Below are positions 6,862 through 12,978 of a stretch of 16,836 nucleotides of DNA, one piece after another. The first letter of the stretch is position 1. The number at the start of each line of letters is the position of its first letter. The stretch is from contig JBBSVV010000041.1 of assembly GCA_038046625.1 (NCBI GenBank), positions 21,424 through 38,259 of the forward strand, given 5' to 3'. The stretch is from an archaeon. GTDB lineage: Archaea > Iainarchaeota > Iainarchaeia > Iainarchaeales > Iainarchaeaceae. Under the pieces are notes generated by a model, which searched no databases, had not been told where the DNA came from, and was given only the letters and a program-made list of their open reading frames with translations. Position numbers and translations under genes: made by a program.

Positions 6862-7779
6862 ATGGGAGCTAATTCGTATCTCTGCATTCAGCCTCAGCGC
6901 CAGCGGGAGATAATTGCCGAACTGAAAAAACGTTCTGGTTTAACTTGGCCTAAACTGGCTGAATCGCTTAGTGTTTGCAGGAGCATGGCATTCAACTATA
7001 ATAGCGGCACTAATAGCATCCCTCTGAACAAATTTGAGAAACTCTGCAGCTTGGCAAAAGTTGAACCTGATTATTTCGGCAAATTCGAATTAAAAGAAGT
7101 GCAAAACCAACCGCACTCAATTACAGTGCCGCCTCTCGATTCCGAAGAATTGAGTGAATTTCTCGGTTTCATGGCCGGAGACGGATGCTTAACCGTGAAC
7201 TACGCAGTTGTAGTGAGTTGTGATGCAACCTCCGACAAAAGATATGTTTGGGAAGTGGTTGCTCCAAAGTTTATGCGGCTTTTCAGCCTCGCGCCAAATA
7301 TAAGAAAAATTAACCGAAACCTGCTGCAATGCAGGGTTTACTGCAAAAAACTCTTCGACTTTCTTTCAAAAGAAGCAGGTCTTCCAACAGGCCGAAAGAA
7401 AAATAAAATACGAATCCCTGAATTCATAATGCCCAACAAAACCCTAACTGCTGCTTTCCTTCGGGGTCTCTTTGACACTGACGGCGGCTTTCACAGGCAC
7501 AACCCGTTTTCCTCAAAAGTGGAATTTACAAGCTATTCTGAAAAGTTCAGGGAAGACATTGTTCAAGCCTTGATTTCGCTTGGCTTTAAACCCGTGAGCA
7601 TCAAAACACGGATTTACATAATGGCAAAGAGTGAAATCGCCAGGTTCTTTGCAACAATAAAGCCCAGCAACTTCAAGCACTGCTACAAATACGCCAAATT
7701 CCTTGAAAAAGGACAAGTGCCAAGGCACAGGGATATCGATTACAACTCTGAAGAATTTAAGAATTTTGGGTTACTATAA
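6862..7779 (+). CDS. Free-standing two-motif LAGLIDADG (DOD-type) endonuclease with N-terminal HTH
   Basis: LSEFLGFMAGDG and AAFLRGLFDTDG motifs, plus G.K...IRIPEFI. N-terminal LKKRSGLTWPKLAESLSVCRS is XRE-like HTH. No intein splicing termini. Confidence 0.9.
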   Translation: MGANSYLCIQPQRQREIIAELKKRSGLTWPKLAESLSVCRSMAFNYNSGTNSIPLNKFEKLCSLAKVEPDYFGKFELKEVQNQPHSITVPPLDSEELSEFLGFMAGDGCLTVNYAVVVSCDATSDKRYVWEVVAPKFMRLFSLAPNIRKINRNLLQCRVYCKKLFDFLSKEAGLPTGRKKNKIRIPEFIMPNKTLTAAFLRGLFDTDGGFHRHNPFSSKVEFTSYSEKFREDIVQALISLGFKPVSIKTRIYIMAKSEIARFFATIKPSNFKHCYKYAKFLEKGQVPRHRDIDYNSEEFKNFGLL

Positions 7780-7787
7780 CCTTACGT

Positions 7788-7858
7788 GCGCCTGTGGGAC
7801 AATGGTAGCCTTCGACCTTCCCAAGGTCGCGACCCGGGTTCGATTCCCGGTAGGCGCA
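7788..7858 (+). tRNA. tRNA-Gly(CCC)
   Basis: Acceptor stem GCGCCTG/TAGGCGC plus discriminator A. Anticodon arm CGACC-TTCCCAA-GGTCG. T arm CCGGG-TTCGATT-CCCGG. 71 nt, no intron, no encoded CCA, followed by TTTT. Confidence 0.96.
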
Positions 7859-8093
7859 TTTTGGCCTTTGAAAATGAGCCGAACCATGAAGGCGGGCAAT
7901 CCGCAGAAAACCAATGAAAAAATTGGCATGCTTTTTCCCAAGGTAATTTTCAATCAAAAGTTCGCCTATACGCTGATTGTCTAATAATTTGTTCCGTATT
8001 CGGATTCCGAACTGGGAAATATTTTATTCGGGAGCTCCGTTAGCTTGAACAAGGTGAACAGATCTGTATAACGCAGAATGAAACCGAAAAAGC

Positions 8094-8162
8094 GGAAACG
8101 GGCTAAGCCTGACTTGCTAACAAGTTGCCCCTTGGAATCTTTTGTGCAGAAAGCCCGTTTCC
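8094..8162. repeat. Intergenic 11-bp perfect inverted repeat enclosing a nested hairpin
   Basis: GGAAACGGGCT (8094-8104) pairs with AGCCCGTTTCC (8152-8162). Inner hairpin ACTTG-CTAA-CAAGT (8112-8125). Confidence 0.6.
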
Positions 8163-8220
8163 CTTACACTTATTTTATAACACGAATTCCACATTACCTC
8201 CTTCTCTAAGGGCAATCTTA

Positions 8221-8583
8221 ATGGAAAAACCGATTATTTCGAACGATTACTGGCAAAAAGCCTTCTCCCTGAATCCGGTTCTCGGCGAAGCAATCTCAAA
8301 CCCGAACACTGATTTCATGACCAAGCTGCTTTTCGATGCGCGCTTCTTCCAAAAGAAATTCGGCAAGGAAATAACCTACTGGAGCAGCGCGATTTTTGCA
8401 GCAAAACTCATTTTGAGTGAAAAGGGCTTCTCCGCGAAAGAACTCGCAAAAAAGGCGAAAGTGCCTGAAAAGCACATGAACGAGGTGCTTTCATACCTCA
8501 AAAACATGGCTGAAATAGAGGAAAAGAACGGAAAATTTGCCCTGAATTATGCGAGCCCGTTCTCAAAAATGTTCAAAAGCTGA
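8221..8583 (+). CDS. Hypothetical protein with C-terminal winged-helix-like domain (120 aa)
   Basis: ATG at 8221. FSAKELAKKAKVPEKHMNEVLSYLKNMAEIEEKNGKFAL has a wHTH pattern. Confidence 0.65.
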   Translation: MEKPIISNDYWQKAFSLNPVLGEAISNPNTDFMTKLLFDARFFQKKFGKEITYWSSAIFAAKLILSEKGFSAKELAKKAKVPEKHMNEVLSYLKNMAEIEEKNGKFALNYASPFSKMFKS

Positions 8584-8660
8584 AACCGGGCTTTGAAGCC
8601 GCTTCATTGTACGGGGTGAATTGAGTGCACCTTAAATAGTTTTCACTCATTCACTAAATT

Positions 8661-9215
8661 ATGCCGGGTGAACCAAAGAGGCATTCGCCGCTTGTTCAGC
8701 ATCTGGAAAAACAGGCGAGGGAACCAAATCCCCAATTTTTGGATTCGGGCATCCACAGGTTCAGGATAAGGCACTGGGGTTCGGAAAAGAGATTTGCATT
8801 CAAAAAAGGTGCCGGTGTAAGGCTCGGCAAGCAACTGAACCGCGCGCTTTCACTTTACCGGCAGGCCGAGGAAAAAGGGTTGGCGAATAGCACATACAGG
8901 GCTCACGTGGCAAAGAGTGTCGAGCTTCTGGTTGCAGACCTGGCCCAGCAATCCGTCATCGGTGAGATAGTCGCCGCAGCCAAGCAAAGGGCGGTTTTTC
9001 AGCAAGAAACCGCAAAATTTGACCAAAATAAAATCGATTCGGCTGAAAGCCAGAGGCTTTGGGACAATGTTTTGGGCGAAGCCGAAAAGAAAAGGTTCTG
9101 GGAAGAAAAATATGTTGAATTTTTGAGCGGCCTCGTGAAAAGAGGTTCGATTCCGGATTCATTGGAGCAGGAGATTCTGCGCCTCATTCAGGGAAGAATA
9201 ATCCCTGAACCCTAA
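8661..9215 (+). CDS. Hypothetical protein (184 aa, helical, charged)
   Basis: Long ORF filling the gap, with TATA-like CTTAAATA about 25 nt upstream. It ends 1 nt from the convergent thioredoxin stop. Confidence 0.62.
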   Translation: MPGEPKRHSPLVQHLEKQAREPNPQFLDSGIHRFRIRHWGSEKRFAFKKGAGVRLGKQLNRALSLYRQAEEKGLANSTYRAHVAKSVELLVADLAQQSVIGEIVAAAKQRAVFQQETAKFDQNKIDSAESQRLWDNVLGEAEKKRFWEEKYVEFLSGLVKRGSIPDSLEQEILRLIQGRIIPEP

Positions 9216-9216
9216 A

Positions 9217-9549
9217 TCATTTTATTCCGTTCTTTTCCAGCCATTCCTTAATCATGTCCTCGGACCAGGCGCCGACGAATTCATCAACGATTTCTCCGCC
9301 CTTGAACAGCTTTACCGCAGGAATGCTCATTATCCCGTATTCAGCACCGAGCTTCTGGTTGGCATCAACATCAACTTTTGCGAGAACAAATTTTCCGTTA
9401 TAATTCTTTGCCATCCTCTCAAGAACAGGCCCCAAGAGGCGGCAAGGCCCGCACCAAACCGCCCAAAAATCAACAACTATGGGGGTTTTCTTCGATTTTT
9501 CAATTACTTCCTTCCGGAAATTCGAGTCAGTTGCGACAACTTCAGTCAA
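9217..9549 (-). CDS. trxA: Thioredoxin
   Basis: VDFWAVWCGPC active site, KVDVD, cis-Pro SIP, FKGG. TTG start. Confidence 0.95.
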   Translation of the reverse strand: MTEVVATDSNFRKEVIEKSKKTPIVVDFWAVWCGPCRLLGPVLERMAKNYNGKFVLAKVDVDANQKLGAEYGIMSIPAVKLFKGGEIVDEFVGAWSEDMIKEWLEKNGIK

Positions 9550-9621
9550 AATACACGCCCCCCATCAAAAAAGCTTAGACAATTATTGCGGGGCGCAGTG
9601 TTTTAAACCGTAACGGCGCCG

Positions 9622-9665
9622 CGGCAAAAAAAATAAAATACCCAAAGAAGCCCTCTTTTTTGCCG
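9622..9665. terminator. Inverted repeat between microprotein B and trxA (terminator-like)
   Basis: CGGCAAAAAA (9622-9631) pairs with TTTTTTGCCG (9656-9665). The minus strand contains a T8 tract. Function is inferred from position only. Confidence 0.35.
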
Positions 9666-9690
9666 TGTAACGAAGCTTTTCTTTGCGGCT

Positions 9691-9852
9691 TCATGCTGTT
9701 GTTTTTTTGAATCCCGCGAATCTCGCGTTCTGCTTCACGAACTCTTTTGCGGCAAGGTTCAGCCTCCTGAGCCTCACAATGGCAGAGCTGACCTTTATGC
9801 GCGGAACATGCAAAGGATTCGGCGTTCCCGAAACAAATTTTCTCCAATTCAT
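9691..9852 (-). CDS. Microprotein B (53 aa), paralogue of 6342-6473; absent from the ORF track
   Basis: MNWRKFVSGTPNPLHVPRIKVSSAIVRLRRLNLAAKEFVKQNARFAGFKKTTA. GGGTGG RBS-like tract and BRE/TATA-like AAAAGCAAATATTTAAG upstream. Confidence 0.7.
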   Translation of the reverse strand: MNWRKFVSGTPNPLHVPRIKVSSAIVRLRRLNLAAKEFVKQNARFAGFKKTTA

Positions 9853-10047
9853 GCTAACCACCCGAATTTATCAGGGATTCCCAGCACTTAAATATTTGCT
9901 TTTTTCGGCGATAAGCGAAAAAATATTCGTTTTTGTCGTGAAAATTCTTGTCCTGCCCGAGAACAGGAAGCCCGTGAGGCGCCGAAGTTTTCCGTGCTTT
10001 CGGGGTACAATTAAAACCGCTTCGCACTAAGTTCTGCTTTGGTTTGC

Positions 10048-10857
10048 ATGGATGCGCAATCAACATTGAAACTGAACAGTGGTGGCAAGATTCCTGTTCT
10101 GGGTTTCGGCACTTGGGAGCTTCGAGGCAAAGCATGCGAGAATGCAGTGAGAGCCGCAATTGAAGCCGGCTACAGGCTTATTGATACCGCTTCATTCTAC
10201 GGGAACGAAAAAGAGGTTGGCGATGCAATCGCGCAAAGCAAGGTTCCGCGTCGGGAATTGTTCATAACCACAAAGCTCTGGCCCTCCGATTTCGGCAGCG
10301 AGGAAAAGGCGCTTGAAAAGAGCCTCTCGCTTCTGCAGCTGGATTATGTCGACCTTTACCTCATTCACTGGCCGCGCAAAGGGCGCACAAATTCCTGGAC
10401 AAAATTGGCGGGAATTGCCGAATCCGGAAAAGCAAAGAGCATCGGCGTAAGCAATTTCACTATAATGCATTTGGAGGAGCTGGCAAAGGTTTCCGAAACG
10501 GTTCCGAGTGTGAACCAGGTGGAGTTCTCGCCCTTCCTTTATCAAAAGGGGCTGCTTGATTATTGCCAAAAAAAAGGGATCGCTGTCGAGGCTTATTCTC
10601 CTTTGACGCGGGGAAGGAAGCTGGACGACAAAAGGATTTCGGATATTGCGCGGAAGCATTCAAAGTCAAATGTGCAGGTAATGCTCCGTTGGCTGATTCA
10701 GCACGGCCTGGTTCCGCTCCCCAAATCTTCGCACGAAGAAAGGATTCGCGAAAACATTTCCGTTTTCGATTTTTCGTTAAGCAACGAGGAAATGAAAATC
10801 CTTGATTCCATGGATGAGGGTTTCAGGAACACTTGGAACCCGGAGCAGATGGAATAA
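10048..10857 (+). CDS. Aldo/keto reductase (2,5-diketo-D-gluconate reductase-like)
   Basis: LGFGTW; catalytic tetrad in IDTA, FYGNE, ITTK and LIHWP; IGVSNF, NQVE, AYSPL, LPKS. ATG at 10048. Confidence 0.93.
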   Translation: MDAQSTLKLNSGGKIPVLGFGTWELRGKACENAVRAAIEAGYRLIDTASFYGNEKEVGDAIAQSKVPRRELFITTKLWPSDFGSEEKALEKSLSLLQLDYVDLYLIHWPRKGRTNSWTKLAGIAESGKAKSIGVSNFTIMHLEELAKVSETVPSVNQVEFSPFLYQKGLLDYCQKKGIAVEAYSPLTRGRKLDDKRISDIARKHSKSNVQVMLRWLIQHGLVPLPKSSHEERIRENISVFDFSLSNEEMKILDSMDEGFRNTWNPEQME

Positions 10858-10861
10858 CAAA

Positions 10862-10878
10862 AACCAAAACTATAAAAA
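10862..10878 (+). promoter_or_regulatory. BRE-TATA promoter, copy 1 (AACCAAAACTATAAAAA)
   Basis: Identical 17-mer at 11384-11400. TATA starts 30 nt before ATG 10901. Confidence 0.7.
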
Positions 10879-10900
10879 TACGGGATACCTGTTCTATAGA

Positions 10901-11368
10901 ATGAAGAAGCTTTTTTTGGTTGCAGGCTTTGCGCTCCTGATTCTTGCGAGCGGCTGCATCGGCGGCAATGGCAATGACACGAATTCCGATAGGAATGGCG
11001 CTTTCGGCGGAGGGACAGGTTCTCCTTCAAATGGCAATGGTTCGGGAGGTAGTAATTCTGGTGGTGGAAGTGGTTCCGGGGAAAGTTCTTCCGGATCTGG
11101 AGGAGATTCTATTTCATCATCATGGTGTTCGGGTAATAGAGGGGCTATAGAAACATTCAAAGGCAGACAAGCTTGTCACACTTCTACTCTCTCAGGTGAG
11201 GTATATACTTTTATAATAGACAAAGACTATTGGGTAATTCAGTCTCAAGCATATAACTATGAAGCACATTTTGTAAATCGTAAATGTACAGAATTGAATT
11301 GTTTAAGTGAAAATCCACAATCATTAGCAGCGTGTGAGCAATTCAAGACCATTTATTGCCCGGCTTAA
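10901..11368 (+). CDS. Lipoprotein with Gly/Ser-rich linker and Cys-containing C-terminal domain (155 aa)
   Basis: MKKLFLVAGFALLILASGC lipobox. The GNDTNSD.NGA.GGGTG motif is shared with the next gene. Confidence 0.8.
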   Translation: MKKLFLVAGFALLILASGCIGGNGNDTNSDRNGAFGGGTGSPSNGNGSGGSNSGGGSGSGESSSGSGGDSISSSWCSGNRGAIETFKGRQACHTSTLSGEVYTFIIDKDYWVIQSQAYNYEAHFVNRKCTELNCLSENPQSLAACEQFKTIYCPA

Positions 11369-11383
11369 ATAATTAGGCGATAT

Positions 11384-11400
11384 AACCAAAACTATAAAAA
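11384..11400 (+). promoter_or_regulatory. BRE-TATA promoter, copy 2 (AACCAAAACTATAAAAA)
   Basis: Identical to 10862-10878. TATA starts 32 nt before ATG 11425. Confidence 0.7.
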
Positions 11401-11424
11401 CTTGAAGAAGCCTTTGTTTTTAGA

Positions 11425-12600
11425 ATGAAAATACAGTTCTTATCAATTGGGCTAGTGTTAGCCGTGCTTGTGCTTTCAGGTTGCACTACTATAGGCACAG
11501 GCAACGACACAAATTCAGACATAAATGGCTTTTGGGGTTTTGGCTTTGGAAACGGAACTAATTCAGACGCAAATGGCGCAATCGGCGGCGGAACAGGATT
11601 CCCTTTTACCGGCAATGGCTCGGGCAATGGTTCCGGAAACGGCCCCGGAAACGGTTCCGGAGGGGGAAATAATGGCAGCGGCTCCGGCGGAAACAACGGT
11701 TTAGGCTATGGCGGCACCCCAAACCTTCAATGCGTGATTTGCACGAACAAGGCGGCTAACCCGCCATTCTGTAAAGGGTGCCTCAAGCTTTACGAGCTCA
11801 ATGCACAGAACCAATGTGTTCCAAGGCAATGCGGCAATGGCGCTACAAATCCGCCTCAATGTGATGTTTGCGGTTCCGGCCAGACTTGGTTCACTTACAC
11901 TTACCGCAGTTATGCTCAAGGCAACTTTAAGACCGGCGAGGGCTCTGGGCAGTATCTTTTCTCCGAGGATTTCGCGGAGCACCAAAAAAATCCCATAAAC
12001 GGCCCAAGCTTCAATGAGGAAGGCCTGATATTCAACTTAGGAGACGGCAGGGATTATTACGGTGAGTGTAAGCCTGGCCCTTCCGATTGTGCGAACGGAG
12101 CAATCAATTCGCCTTTCTGTGACATCTGCCCCGCCGGCCAGACGGATGAGGGCAATTATCCAAACCGCAATTGCATGTCGAGTTGCGCTGCTGCCACAGA
12201 AGAGAGCTGCAGCATTTCGATAGAGTTCAACAACAAGTATTTGCCTGCTGTTAATGAAGTGCTCAAATACAAGAGCAAGAAAACTTCGTTTTTAGTTAGT
12301 TCAGGTAATGGGAAGTATTACAAGGCTTCCGAATTCCCTTCTCAGGATGGTTTCCCGCCGCAGGGTTGTGAATTCGAGGCACTTCACGTTCCATCATGTA
12401 TTCCTGAAATTCCGGCAAGCATTCTTAACGCGTATCCCGCAGAAATGAGGGAAAAATTCCATCCTGAATTCGTCCAGAGAGTGGGTCCAATCCAGGAACC
12501 TTATTACTATACGACTGCAAGCCCGAAGGTTCAGGCCTGCATGGAAGAGCTGCGCAACAGGCTGAGCAAAATAACAGGGCAACCATTTCCCTCAACTTAA
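11425..12600 (+). CDS. Surface lipoprotein with Gly/Asn linker and three CxNxAxNxPxCxxC repeats (391 aa)
   Basis: VLSGC lipobox. Repeats CTNKAANPPFCKGC, CGNGATNPPQCDVC and CANGAINSPFCDIC. Followed by a T8 tract (12601-12608). Confidence 0.85.
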   Translation: MKIQFLSIGLVLAVLVLSGCTTIGTGNDTNSDINGFWGFGFGNGTNSDANGAIGGGTGFPFTGNGSGNGSGNGPGNGSGGGNNGSGSGGNNGLGYGGTPNLQCVICTNKAANPPFCKGCLKLYELNAQNQCVPRQCGNGATNPPQCDVCGSGQTWFTYTYRSYAQGNFKTGEGSGQYLFSEDFAEHQKNPINGPSFNEEGLIFNLGDGRDYYGECKPGPSDCANGAINSPFCDICPAGQTDEGNYPNRNCMSSCAAATEESCSISIEFNNKYLPAVNEVLKYKSKKTSFLVSSGNGKYYKASEFPSQDGFPPQGCEFEALHVPSCIPEIPASILNAYPAEMREKFHPEFVQRVGPIQEPYYYTTASPKVQACMEELRNRLSKITGQPFPST

Positions 12601-12615
12601 TTTTTTTTCACGGTT

Positions 12616-12735
12616 ATGACTGTTCCGAAAAAATGCCCCGCGTGCAACAGCTCGCGCATAAAATCCGTTGAAGACAACGGAGCACTCATAATTAAGTGCG
12701 CAAAGTGCGGCTTTGAAAGCAGGAGGAAAGCCTGA
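12616..12735 (+). CDS. Zinc-ribbon microprotein (39 aa); absent from the ORF track
   Basis: MTVPKKCPACNSSRIKSVEDNGALIIKCAKCGFESRRKA has CPxC...CxxCG knuckles. Confidence 0.72.
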   Translation: MTVPKKCPACNSSRIKSVEDNGALIIKCAKCGFESRRKA

Positions 12736-12839
12736 AAGTAAAAGTATAAGACCACCAAAACTTTATTGTAATTGAATGAAAACAGGAATTTTGCTGGCCG
12801 TGGTTTTGCTTCTTGCGCTTCACGAAAAATTTGTTCAGT

Positions 12840-12978
12840 TATAGCAGACCACAAAAGTTTTTCGGCATTTATGGTGGTCTGCTAGATAGCACCTGGTGCC
12901 CAATGGGTACTAGGCCTCGTCCCCGTAGGGGGCAAGGAACCATGAAAATCCACCGAATTACTTTATCGGTTTGCTATA
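12840..12978. mobile_element. Twin-hairpin MITE-like repeat, copy A (139 bp including a 46-bp internal insertion)
   Basis: Termini TATAGCAGACC...GGTTTGCTATA. The first 52 nt match copy B (16406-16457) at 49 positions. It overlaps the last codons of pgk. The repeat itself is directly visible; mobility is inferred. Confidence 0.65.

Noticed and set aside
6862..7779. Intein or intron-encoded endonuclease
   Set aside because: No N-terminal Cys/Ser splicing block or C-terminal His-Asn, no interrupted host gene, and the adjacent tRNA is intact.
7935..7944. TTCCCAAGGT duplicate of the tRNA anticodon region (7818-7827) as an att site
   Set aside because: Only 10 bp, similarity does not extend into the tRNA 3' half, and no integrase is present. 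Chance cannot be excluded.
7703..7984. ORF-track entries 7703-7984(+) and 7757-7957(-)
   Set aside because: Both run across the tRNA-Gly gene and have no recognisable motifs.
8117..8194. 25-aa minus-strand ORF (MWNSCYKISVRETGFLHKRFQGATC) behind GGAGGT
   Set aside because: The RBS-like motif is only 1 nt from the ATG, and there is no motif or paralogue support.
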